Positions 1-10,495 of a stretch of 64,000 bases of DNA are shown here, piece after piece. Numbering within the stretch: the first letter of the stretch is position 1; the number at the start of each line of letters is the position of its first letter. Under the pieces are notes generated by a model. It saw only the letters and a program-made list of their open reading frames with translations. It was not told where the DNA came from and searched no databases. The position numbers and the translations under genes were made by a program. The stretch is from Octopus bimaculoides. Taxonomy: Eukaryota. The stretch is from NCBI RefSeq assembly GCF_001194135.2, contig NC_068990.1, positions 17,748,959 to 17,812,958 of the forward strand, given 5' to 3'.

Positions 1-34
<34 letters not shown>

Positions 35-425
35 GGTGCATGAGTGGCTGTGTGGTAAGAAGCTTGCTTCTCAAACGCATGATTCTGGTTTCAGTTCCAC
101 TATGTGGCACTTTGGGTAAGTGTCTTCTACTATCACCTCAGGCCAACCAAAGCACACACATACACTCACACATATATACAATGGGCTTCTTTCAGTTTGC
201 ATCTACCAAATCTACTCACATTGCTTTGGTTAGCCCAAGGCTATAAAGGATACTTGTCCAAGGTGCTACACAGTTGGACTGAACCTGGGACCATGTGGTT
301 GGGAAGTAAGCTTCTTACCACACAGCCATACTTGTGCCTATGTCTAGTTAAAATAACATACAATTTTTTTTTAAATTTCCAAACTCTCATAAATCTATGA
401 ACTTTCTTTTTTACTCTTATTTTAG

Positions 426-603
426 GAATGGTATGAAGATGGTCCTCCCTCTGTATTTTGGTTATCTGGTTTTTATTTCACACAAGCTTTTCTGACTGGT
501 GCCCAGCAAAACTATGCTAGGAAGTACACTATACCAATTGATTTATTGGTGTTTGACTATGAAGTGTTAGAAGACAAAGAGTATCCCCAACCACCGGAGG
601 ATG
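426..603 (+). CDS. DNAH7: Axonemal dynein heavy chain (DNAH7-like), third-last coding exon
   Basis: tttag|GAA ... GAT G|gtaatg; translates [59 protein letters not shown](G), closely matching the recalled C-terminal domain of DNAH7-class dyneins. 178 bp, phase 0 to 1. Confidence 0.9.
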
Positions 604-809
604 GTAATGAAATTCCTTGGATTTTTATTATTTTTACATAAATTTTCCAGTTGATATATATCTACTGGTTGTAGTGGTGGTTGTGGTAATAATGGTGGTA
701 GTAGTTGTGATGTGGTGGTCATGGTTACAACAAGGATGAGAGTGATGAAATCTGGGAAATTTACTACTGCACATTTTGTAATGCATTATTTGATTTTCTT
801 TATTCACAG

Positions 810-913
810 GCATTTTTGTGCATGGACTTTACCTTGATGGTGCACGATGGGACAGACAAGACAAAAAACTTGCAGAATCTTTTCCAAAAGTCTTATATGA
901 TACTGTTCCAGTT
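810..913 (+). CDS. DNAH7: DNAH7-like, penultimate coding exon
   Basis: tcacag|GC ... GTT|gtaagt; (G)[34 protein letters not shown], containing the dynein GL(F/Y)LDGAxW motif. Phase 1 to 0 fits both neighbouring exons. Confidence 0.92.
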
Positions 914-1023
914 GTAAGTTATTGATTTTAAATTCAACTTCAATGATAGAATAATTGAAATTACATTCTGTTAGATTATAACTTTTCAAACCATGTAGTC
1001 ATGTTTAGAAACAAAACATCCTT

Positions 1024-1225
1024 TTAACCCTTTTGATACTAACCCACCTGAGACCATCCCTGGTTCTATGATACAAATTTCCTGTTTTAAAGTGGTCTAA
1101 ATTAAAATCTTCCATCAAAATTCCATATCATGTTTCAAACATCAGCTTAATAATTTCATTATTTTAAAAATTAATTGAAACAAAAGTAGTCTGTTTCAAC
1201 AGAAATATGTTAACAGAATGGTTGA
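1024..1225. mobile_element. TTAA/CCCTT-ended MITE family (piggyBac-like), about 200 bp
   Basis: Starts TTAACCCTTTTGATA. Related copies at about 5556-5775 and 16468-16680, and in reverse orientation at about 7830-7985, 27760-27912 (ends GATATCAAATGGGTTAA), 28340-28510 and 60750-60930. The opposite ends are degenerate. Confidence 0.6.
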
Positions 1226-1860
1226 TTTATATTTTAAACACCAGCTTTATAGTGAAATGGGTTGATAAAAACTATATAAAAGTCCTTCAGAATGGTCTGT
1301 ACTTGTAAATAAAAGGGCCAACCTTGTCACATTCTGTATCTTACCTATTCTGCCAAAGGATTTACATTAAGAATACAAGTGTCTGTGTCATATACTAGAA
1401 TTCAAAGAGTGGGCATTCACTTAATACAACTACTGGAACATTAGTTGTTGGAAATTGGCAGAGTTTTATTGACTTTCTCATTATTGTTTTGACAATATAA
1501 ACCAAAAGGTATTAATTTTAGTCTCAGTTTCCTTTGACTAGGCAACAAATATCCAATATTTTTTTTTTATCAAGGTGGACAAAATGAAGTTGTATGACTT
1601 GGAAATAAATGCAGTTATTCCAGTTTAATTTTGAATGTTTCAGCATTTCCTATTTTTGAATTTGATTTCATTTTATATTTTGAACTTGTAAAAGACACAC
1701 AGAGTGTCGAAATATTGTTCATTTGTTTCATTTTCATTTTAATAAACAGAGTCAATCTCTATTTATTACCAATAACAGTTGTGCTCTTCTTCTTGTTTCT
1801 TTACCTTCACAAAGAGTAACTTCAATCTTGAAATATTATTATTATTATTATTATTTTTAG

Positions 1861-2067
1861 ATATGGTTGAAACCACTTAAGAAAGATATGGTGCCCGAAA
1901 AATATTGCTACAAGTGTCCAGTTTACAAGACAAGTGAGCGTCGAGGAACACTTTCGACTACTGGCCATTCGACCAACTTTGTCATAGCCATGATGCTGCC
2001 AACAACCAAACCCCAGAATCATTGGATCTGCAGAGGTGTTGCCTTGCTGTGCCAACTGAACAACTGA
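1861..2067 (+). CDS. DNAH7: DNAH7-like, terminal coding exon
   Basis: ttttag|ATA; [68 protein letters not shown], the canonical dynein heavy chain C-terminus. Possible poly(A) signal ATTAAA near 2133. Confidence 0.93.
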   Translation: MWLKPLKKDMVPEKYCYKCPVYKTSERRGTLSTTGHSTNFVIAMMLPTTKPQNHWICRGVALLCQLNN

Positions 2068-2284
2068 TCAGAACTCTTACTAATGCCAGAGTTACAACTA
2101 TCAATTTATATATTTTACACAAATGAATAAGCAATTAAAAATGATATTTCTGTATATATGTTTTATATTTATTCTTAGCAGCAGTCATGTGACAGACATG
2201 GTAGAGCACCAGTCACATTATGTTGTGTTATTTAGTTTAACTTTGATATAAGCTAGAATTTCAGGGGAGTTAATTCTGTGTATT

Positions 2285-2412
2285 CTTTTCTACACTTGGC
2301 ACAAGGCCTGAAATTTTGGGGGAGGGGCCCAATTGATTAGATTGACCCCAGTATGCAACTAGTACTTAATTTATCGACCCCTGAAAGAATGAATGGCAAA
2401 CTCGACCTTGGT
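2285..2412 (-). mobile_element. 5'-truncated family B SINE with 19-bp TSD
   Basis: GGAGTTAATTCTGTGTATT at 2266-2284 and 2413-2431. Confidence 0.75.
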
Positions 2413-2689
2413 GGAGTTAATTCTGTGTATTATTTTGTCTGTAGTAGTAGTAGTGGTAAAAGATGTTTGTTTTATTAAATATTTATATATTTATCTTATT
2501 TATTGAGGAGCAATAAACATTAAGGACTCATTGGAAATAAATTTTCTTGAATGAACTGGTGATTCCCTAGAGGTAGTAGATTACCTAGGTGACCAGTGAT
2601 CTAATTAATTGTGGACAAAGATGTTCTGAAAATAGTTGTGAGAATAAGAATAGGATGAAGAAAGTTCAGAGAGAGTTTATTATTTTCGT

Positions 2690-3545
2690 TGGCAACAAAA
2701 TATCTTATACTCAGAATGAAAGGCAGATTGCATGATGCTTGTGTACAAACAGCTATTCTACATGGTAGTGAAACATGGGCCATGGGTGCAGGGGACTTGT
2801 GAAGATTAGAAAGGGATGAAGCTAATATGCTCCATTGGATGGGTAATGTCAGTTTGCATGTATAACAAAGAACTAATATATTGAGAGAAAAATTTAGTAT
2901 AAGAGGAATCAGATGTTGTGTGCAAGACAGAAGTCTACCCTGGTTTGGTGATATGATGCATATGGATGAGGACAGCTGCATAAAGAAGTGCCAGTCTCTT
3001 AGAGTGGATGGCACTTGTCGTTGTCATCATCATCATCATCATTGTTTAACGTCCGTTTTCCATGCTGGCATGGGTTGGACCGTTTGACTGAGGTCTGGAG
3101 AGCCAGCAGTTGCACCAGGCTCCAATTTGATCTGGCAATGTTTCTATGGCTGGATACCCTTCCTAACACCAACCACTCCAAGAGTGTAGTGGGTACTTTT
3201 TATGCACCACTGGCACAGGAGCCAGTCAGGTGAGCCTGGCATTGATCACGCTTGGATAGTGCTTTTTATGTGCCACCAGCATGGGGGCCAGTCAGTGGGT
3301 ACTGGTATCAATAACGTTTGGATAGTGCTTTTTACATGCCACTGGCATGAGAGCCAGTCAGGGGTTACTGGCATCGGCCACTTTCGGATGGTGCTTTTTA
3401 CTTGTGAAAGAGGGAAACCCAGGAAGACATGGGATGAAGTAGTGAAGGTTGATCTCAAGATACTGTGAGACTCATGGAGAAGATGACAAAGGACAAAGAT
3501 AATAATTTGCTGTAGTCAAGAAGACCTGCCCATCGCAGTATAAAT
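2690..3545 (+). mobile_element. RTE-clade LINE 3' fragment, interrupted by a nested retroposon (3019-3399)
   Basis: Degenerate RLHDACVQTAILHGSETWA...WFGDMMHMDEDSCIKKCQSLRVDGTC continues after the insertion as ERGKPRKTWDEVVKVDL, typical of the RTE C-terminus. Confidence 0.8.
3019..3399 (-). mobile_element. 5'-truncated RTE-tailed retroposon with an internal 66-bp tandem repeat
   Basis: (ATG)n-type tail at 3024-3041, AGGAAGGG(C/T)ATCCAGC 3'-end motif shared with many copies, flanking ACTTGT repeats (3013-3018, 3400-3405), repeat units starting at 3193, 3259, 3325 and 3391. Confidence 0.75.
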
Positions 3546-5923
3546 GATGTCCTAAGGGCATTTTGGTTATGCTTGTAGATGTGGGCCCTGCCCCTACACA
3601 AATTCTACCCTGCAAGCATTCCCCACATCTTATTCCTCTAATACCCCACCAAGTTCCATCCCTCCTCTATCTCTGACACTACTCATCTGCTGTAATCACT
3701 TGAGAAGAGAATCAGCATATATTATGCACCTTACCTTTCTTTCCTTCCTTTCCCAGCACCATGTCTATCCCTCATTCTTATCATCCATTTTCCTCTTGCA
3801 TTATATTCACCAATTAACTCCTTTCTGTGCCTTCAGTTATCTCTTCCTCTCCTCTGCCATACTCCACCTTAACACCTTTCATATCTGCTATCATTCTCAA
3901 TGCCCTCTCATATCTGCCATCACACCTCCCTCACTATGGCCAACCTTATGTATCTCTACATCTACTTCCCCACTGCTCCTACAGCTTGCATATTATCACC
4001 GCTTTCTGCTCTGTCTTCCTTCCTAAGCCATTTCTATCTCTTTTACCCTCTCTCCATACTGGTGTTTCCCATCAACTGTACCTCCATCCTTGTTCATCAC
4101 TCACTCCTACCACCATATTATTCCTCTCTCATTCACTGTTTGAATCCTTTCTTATGCTTACCTTCATGTACCAGAAAAGTTTGCTCTGGCAACCCATCTT
4201 TTATCTCCTCCCCAGCAACTCTTTTATAATGTGAAGTAACTATATCTCTCTAACAAGACACGTACTTGTGCTTCTCTCATACTTCAACCTCTCCACATCT
4301 GGCATAAAGCCATCTCCCCCTCTTCAGTTGAGGGATTTTTTTTTGTTCTTTTGCTATCTTGCAAGCTACTTGGCAACCTCACCAGTACCAATGGCATGAA
4401 TAAAGTACCCACTACACTCTGTAAAGTGGTTAGAATTAGGAAGGGCGTCCAGTCATAGAAGCTATGCCAATGATGACATTGGAGCTTGATGCAACTCTGT
4501 GGTTCATGGGATTGTGTCAAATCGTTCAGACCATGCTAGCATGGGAAACAGATATCAAGTGATGATGGTATCTATCAGTCATCATTTTAACATCCACTTT
4601 TCCATGCTTGCATGGGTCAGACAGAATACGCTGAGGCAGATTTTCTATGGCCAGATGTCCCACCTCTCACTAACCCTCAATGGTTTTTAAGCCAAGTAAT
4701 ATTTCTTCTTTGGTAGATATATTTTCATGGAAGACTGGAAACAAACATGCTACTTCTATGATAGTGACACTTGCTAACAATTGTAATGTGATGTCAAGAC
4801 AAGGAGACACACATATTTACGACGAGCTTCTTTCAGTTCTGTTCATCACTTGCGTTTGCAAAGATTTGATCAGTCTGCGGTTATAGAAGACAACTTGCCC
4901 AAGGTGCTATATAATACTTGTATCTATTAATTGTAAACAATATGGTTTAGAGGAAACTATCTCAAGGGAGCGTCCTATATTTTAAGTATAAGTATGATAG
5001 GGTCTCAAATTCACATACGTAATATAGTGAGTTGAAAAATTTTGATCAACTAAGCAAGTCGAAGCTGAAAACTCTTGGAAGATATTTTTAAACTGGAAAA
5101 AAAGAAAAAAGTAAGGGAAATAACTCTAAGAAGATTTCTTTCGAAACAATGAAAACCATATCCTCAGTAACTTGTAGTTCAATGCTTTCTATCATTGAAA
5201 GGCATTTTTTAAAATGCCTCTTCACCCAACCCACTAATGTTACAAACATAATGAAAAGAAAAATAGCTGCTTATTTAGATAAAAAAATTATTATTTTTTA
5301 AATTTAAATCAGCAGCTAATTAACAAACAGTGACTGTTGAAGATTTACATGAGAAAGACAGATAGGGAGATGTAATGCGTTGAGTTAGGTACTCCAGTAA
5401 CTCTCAAATTAAGTATTTAGTAATTAATAATTAATTTTATTGAAGAAAATAGGCAGAATTTTTAAGCTTGGTGAGATTTAGTAAAACAAGATATGGTTTA
5501 TGAAATTGATTCATTTTGAAACAAAGATAAATTTGCATCAACCTCCATCATAGTTTAACCCTTTTGATACCAACCTGCCTTAAATCTCTGGCTTTTTAAA
5601 CAAACTTCCTGTTTTAAAGTGAGCTAAATTAAAATCTTTCAAATTTAATGCTAATTTGTTCCAAACACAAGCTTAATTACAATTAAGTTATTTTATTAAA
5701 TTTTTCATTATTTAAAAAATTAATTGATCCAAAGGCAATGTAGTTCAGCTTAAATACAGTAACAAAAAGATTAAAACAATTAATCTTTGGTAAAGTAGTC
5801 CAGTTTTAATAACTATTTTTAACAATTTAAACTTTTGGCCTTCTGACTGCCATAGTTGGATAACAAAAAAGTTTCGATGGGAGAGAAATTTAGTGTTGTT
5901 TATTTAAACAAGATCCCAAGGAT

Positions 5924-6787
5924 CTAATTCTGCAAGAACATTTTTGTCATGGCCTTCTTCATTTGGTCAGTATGTATTTTCAGTTTGGAATTAACTATTT
6001 TTTGTAATTTAAGAAATACTTGGTTATTTGGTTCAAGTTCCAAACCAGCTTTTATGTCAGCCAAAGCTCGATCAAGGTCCCTGGTGTTTAGTTGTGCTTG
6101 TGCTCGATGATAAAGGGCTTTCACATTATTTTTATCAACAACCAAGGCAGAGGTACAGTTTGCAATCACAAAATCATTGCTTTCATATTTACTCTGACAC
6201 AGAGAAATATTAACATACAGAGTAGATTTCAAGTTCTGGTATTCAGTTCTCACATCTTCAGACATTTCATCATCTGAGTCTATAGTTATTACATATTTTA
6301 ATGCTTTTCTATAACGCTTAAAAGCAAACTCTATATTACCTGCCTTGAAAAGCTCAGACCCTTTCTTCCGATGGTGCATAGCAACAGCCAGTTTCTCCTC
6401 TGTGGTCATTTCCCAACTATTTGTTTGATTTTCAAACTTATGCAATTCTAATTGGAATTTATATTTTTCAAATTGATCACAAGAGTCTTTTGATGACTCT
6501 AAAAGTATATGAAATGTTGCTTCACAACATTCATCTAATTTCATAGATTCTAAACATTCATCAATAAGTTCTCCAAGAATGGTATCTCCCTCTCCAATTT
6601 GTATTTTAACATTTTCTCCTAAGCCATACCCAAGAGAATCTTTGTTTAAAGTAGCCCCACCAATGTGGGATATGGAAACAATGCAAATACTTCCATCAGT
6701 AGGCCTTGCTAAACCAGATCCAAATTTTAGAATTTCTTTAGAGATAGAATTGTTAGGTGACGTCCAGCACTTATCATCCATTTGCAT
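5924..6787 (-). CDS. FKBPL: FK506-binding protein-like (degenerate FKBP domain plus three TPR repeats), single coding exon, 287 aa
   Basis: Intact ORF with motifs GELIDECLESM, SWEMTTEEK, KGSELFKAGN, KALYHRAQA and C-terminal KAMTKMF, which parallel recalled FKBPL. Acceptor tctaatttcag lies 6 nt before the ATG; AATAAA on the minus strand at 5904-5899. Confidence 0.85.
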   Translation of the reverse strand: MQMDDKCWTSPNNSISKEILKFGSGLARPTDGSICIVSISHIGGATLNKDSLGYGLGENVKIQIGEGDTILGELIDECLESMKLDECCEATFHILLESSKDSCDQFEKYKFQLELHKFENQTNSWEMTTEEKLAVAMHHRKKGSELFKAGNIEFAFKRYRKALKYVITIDSDDEMSEDVRTEYQNLKSTLYVNISLCQSKYESNDFVIANCTSALVVDKNNVKALYHRAQAQLNTRDLDRALADIKAGLELEPNNQVFLKLQKIVNSKLKIHTDQMKKAMTKMFLQN

Positions 6788-8918
6788 TTCTGCCTGAAAT
6801 TAGAGTTAAAAATAGGGTTGTCTTAGAATAAATATTGCCTGCTGGGTGTATTAAAATAAAAGCATATGAAATGAAATTTATTTCAAGCATAACTAAGCCA
6901 TTGAACTAGAATGTTAACTACAATACGAGAATCAAAATATCATGAACAATTCTTCATAATATTAAGCTTTCCAAATCCTAGGTTAATCCTTACTGAGTGA
7001 GCTTATATTATTCAAATAGTCCCTTAAAACATACAAATTAGTGTTAAAATGATTTGTTTATTTGACAAATGAACATCGTTACATAATAAAAACACATTTA
7101 AAAATCATATGAAAAATCTTCAGCTGATCAACATGTAAAAATAAAATAATTGCAGTATAAGTTTGGGTGGATACAGCAAAACTTTTGAGTGATACGTTTT
7201 GAGGTTGTAGAGTATGATTTGATTGTTTTTTTTAAAGAAATATAATTTACACTTTTGAAAACGTATCTCTGGAAAATTTCATAAAAACAAAAAATAATAA
7301 TGCATTAAAAGTATGATCCTCTAAAAGGAAAAAAAAACATGTTTTTCCCCTCTCATAATCGTAATGTACAGCATATAAAATATACCTCTGGAGAATCTCA
7401 TTAAGAATTGAGAAAAAATTGGAATTATCCAAAACTTCTCAAAAGAGATTTTCTTTACAATTTCCCCCTGATATCCATCTAAAAAATATATATATGGAAA
7501 ATTTCCATTAGAATATGATTTTTTAAAAGAAAGTTATAAGAAAACAGACCTAGGGAGGGTGGGCAACTTGGATTCTCCTATAGTTGTAATTATATTCTCT
7601 TGGATTAGGTTGAATGGTGAGCACCACAGTTGTGCGCATGAACAGTGTAGAAGGAGGGCATGGTCAACTAATATCACAAAGAACATTGAGACTGTTGCCG
7701 ATGGAACTACAATGGAAATCATTTTGGAAAATCTGGGGTTTTTTTAAAACTCATTGGCATTTGTCATTAAATCCTTCGTTACCAGTGGTTTTGTTCAAAT
7801 TAACTGCTTTTGTTTCAACTAATTTTGACAATTATGAAAAATTTAGTAGTAGAGTAACTTTGTCATTATCAAGCTGGTGTTTGGAACATAGATTAACTGA
7901 AATTTTCATGGACAGTTTAATTTAAATCACTTTGAAATCAAAAAAATTGTACCAGAGAACCCAAGCCGGTCTCAAGCCTGTTGGTGTCGAGAACTTTCTC
8001 AAAAGTATATATGATTCAAATACATCGATTGGCACAATTTCTTAAGAGATTTGTGTACAAAGGTTACTTCAAAGTTTTGTTTTTGTAAAACAGTTAAGGA
8101 CCATAAAAACGAAGACATCCCAATATTTCATAACAGGGAACAGAAAATTAGTTTCCCCATTACGGTGCACGATTGAATTACAGAATGGACTTAATACGTA
8201 TGAAGTTAGGATACTTGTTTGGTGTGCAACGAAGCGTAGCACACTCGATAATATTTAAATTCCTGGTTGCAAAGTTTTTGATCATGTTTGCTCAGTCAGG
8301 ACAGATCTGGGGCCAAATAATGAAAAAGGCATAAAGACAGCTATATTTCCGAATAACAACAGTATAGAAATCATCTTAAAGTATTAATTAGATTGTTAAT
8401 TTCGTTATTTAAATCAAAGTTGTGCCTCCTGTTAAGGCTTATGAAGTTAACAAAAATTAAAATAATTATTTATTATATAAAAAACTGTTTCTTAAAAAAA
8501 TGATAATGCTACTTCAGTTAATTAAAATATACTTCTTCAATTGGCTATGCAATTAACTAGAAGTCTGTTTGTTGACTGGGGGAAGTTTTAAGTATTGTAT
8601 GAAAAAGTTTAAGGGACTACTGAGGAAGTTTTATACTTTTTGGCTTTTAGATCTAAAAAAATATATTAAACAGAAAAAGAGATACAAGGAAATTAGAAAA
8701 TTATTGGAAGAATTTTCCGGAAATTCAAAACAATTTTTGATCGTCTATATAATGTCTTTTTAAACTTAAATTGACTACATTTAAATTTTTGTTGGTATGA
8801 TGTTTAAGAATTAGCGTTGAGAACTGAAATAGTTTAAGAAACGACTGTATATCGTTAAGAAAGGCAAACAAACACATTATTTATACATTTACGGGAATGA
8901 TGTCCCACGTTTGTGACA

Positions 8919-9100
8919 ACTCACCTGGTGTAATTAAAACCATTGATACATCAAAACAATTAGTGAGTCATTTAAATTATTAAGAGTGGAGAGAGAAGCT
9001 GCTGGACTGGAAGATGATCACTGTAAGAGAGAAAGAGAGAGGGAGAGATCTGACTGTTTCTTTGATAGTCAGAACCACTGGAGGGTGGCTCTGTGAGTTT
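8919..9100 (-). other. FKBPL: Probable non-coding first exon of FKBPL (donor at 8924; TSS not defined)
   Basis: Perfect minus-strand donor CCAG|GTGAGT (exon ends 8925) pairs with the acceptor at 6794, implying a 2.1-kb 5'UTR intron. The upstream boundary is a guess. Confidence 0.5.
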
Positions 9101-9600
9101 ACCTATGGTTATATCCTGCGAGGGGATCGATAGTAAGTAGGTAGTAGTAGTAGAAGTATTTAATTGAGGATCGATGCCTTGGGACTCTATATATACATGT
9201 CTGTCTCTCTTGCCTTTTGGTCCCAGTATAAAATAATTTTAAAAATCAGTTACAAAAACAAAGATTATAATTACAATAACAATGATAGGAGAACAAGATC
9301 AAAACAAAGAAATCACAGGTTAGAGAGATGGAAAGAGAGCGAAAGAGAGAGAAATAAAGAGATAGAAAGAGAGAGAGAGAGAGACAATTAGATAAAGAGA
9401 GGGATGAAGTAGTAGGAGGAAGAGGGTTACGGAAGTACATGAGGAAAAGGGAGAGAATATACATGTAGCCGTAGTAAGAGGGAGGTAAACAAGGAGGAGA
9501 AGAAGAGAATATAGAAGAAATCCTAGTAATGGTGGTGGTAAGAGAAAGAAAATTAAGGCGATTGATGAAGAGAAGGGAGAGAATAACGGTGGCCAAGCTA

Positions 9601-9663
9601 ACCGGAAGTCTACCCCCCGCCCCGTTGACGCCAGCAGCGTGTGACGTCATTGTCCAAGATGGC
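9601..9663 (+). promoter_or_regulatory. Housekeeping-type TATA-less core promoter
   Basis: Within 63 bp: ETS site ACCGGAAGT (9601-9609), GC box CCCCGCCCC (about 9615-9623), TGACG half-site, full CRE TGACGTCA (9642-9649) and YY1-type CAAGATGGC (9655-9663). It lies in a CpG-retaining region and is followed by a strong donor AAG|GTATGT at 9771. Confidence 0.75.
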
Positions 9664-9770
9664 CCCACTGAGATGTTTTCAGTTAATAACAGCAGCTGTT
9701 GTTATTATTTAATCATGTAACAACACTTTACTGGAGAGGATTAATATTGAAACAAACTCCTTCCAATAAG
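9650..9770 (+). other. Probable first exon of the plus-strand transcript (GOLGA1 and/or cryptic upstream gene)
   Basis: Lies between the YY1/initiator region and donor AAG|GTATGT. The ATG at 9659 gives only MAPLRCFQLITAAVVII* as assembled. Confidence 0.55.
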
Positions 9771-9806
9771 GTATGTCATGCTATTATTTCATATAATTCA
9801 TCTTTC

Positions 9807-10003
9807 GGTACTACTAAAGCAGCGCGGACCCGAACGCGCAGTCGCGCAAGCTAGTCTTGAGTGGTCGATCCTAACCCTAACCCTATGTCTCTAACCCTAA
9901 CCCTATCCCTAACCCGCGTGTGCAAATGAATACGTGTTTAGGGTTAGGGTCGACCACTCATGACTAGCTAGCGCGTTCGGGTCCGCGCTGCTTTAGTAGT
10001 ACC
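9807..10003. mobile_element. Non-autonomous fold-back DNA transposon (MITE), Merlin-like, with internal telomere-like repeats
   Basis: Perfect 33-bp TIRs (GGTACTACTAAAGCAGCGCGGACCCGAACGCGC), an inner imperfect inverted repeat, 8-bp TSD CATCTTTC at 9799-9806 and 10004-10011, GG termini, and internal CCTAAC/TTAGGG units. Confidence 0.85.
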
Positions 10004-10307
10004 CATCTTTCCATCCTGTTTTAGTTTTCATCGTTATTCTGCCTTTTTTTTTCTATCTCATTTGTTCTGGTTTCGCCCCCATCTCCGCCCAAACCAGTCC
10101 CATAAGGTCTGTTTTACCAAAATGGGTCCAGTCTTCAGCTTATCGTCATTTTTGTACGTTTCTTTTTTTCCAAGTAGCTTATCAAAAGCTACAATAACTA
10201 ATACATCTCTTTTTCTTTTTAATTCGGTGAAAGATTTGGCTGTAATTTCTAGCTTCAAATGACCACGTATACTCTCCTTCGTTAGCTTACCTGTCATTAC
10301 ACATATG

Positions 10308-10310
<3 letters not shown>

Positions 10311-10372
<62 letters not shown>
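10311..10372. repeat. (TA)n microsatellite, about 31 units, abutting the hammerhead palindrome
   Basis: Directly visible. Other microsatellites: (TA)n 1-32, poly-T 13178-13212, (ATT)n 23759-23824, (GT)n(TA)n 25285-25365, (TA)n 26717-26750, (CAT)n 62050-62089, (GA)n 62457-62480. Confidence 0.97.
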
Positions 10373-10375
<3 letters not shown>

Positions 10376-10392
10376 TAATGTTTAGCAGAAGC

Positions 10393-10448
10393 AACTGAGT
10401 GACTCAAGGGCCAAGAGTTTCGTGTGTTTAGCACTTATCAAACTAGTT
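10393..10448 (-). ncRNA. Type I hammerhead ribozyme motif with variant U3-A8 core
   Basis: Minus strand reads AACTAGT TTGATAA GTG ctaaaca CAC GAA ACTC ttggccctt GAGT C/ACT c AGTT. Stem I is 7 bp with one bulge, stem II 3 bp, stem III 4 bp, with a GUC cleavage triplet (predicted cut between 10401 and 10400). Folded by eye; activity untested. Confidence 0.65.
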
Positions 10449-10495
10449 TCATAAGTGTTAACGCACGAAACTCTCGGATCTCGAGTCACTCTGTT
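10441..10495 (+). pseudogene. Second, inverted hammerhead-like copy with defective core (G5C)
   Basis: AACTAGT TTCATAA GTG ttaacg CAC GAA ACTC tcggatctc GAGT C ACT c TGTT. Same layout as the minus copy, but the catalytic-core G5 is C (position 10450). Confidence 0.55.

Noticed and set aside
3193-3399. Regularly spaced repeats resembling a CRISPR array
   Set aside because: Contiguous 66-bp tandem units without unique spacers, inside a eukaryotic retroposon; no cas genes.
3700-4234. Overlapping 108-135 aa ORFs
   Set aside because: Pyrimidine-rich low-complexity repeat sequence giving S/L/P/H-rich translations in several frames.
9871-9950. Telomeric repeats as a chromosome end or fusion scar
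   Set aside because: Short, degenerate and enclosed by TIRs and a TSD, so they are part of a MITE.
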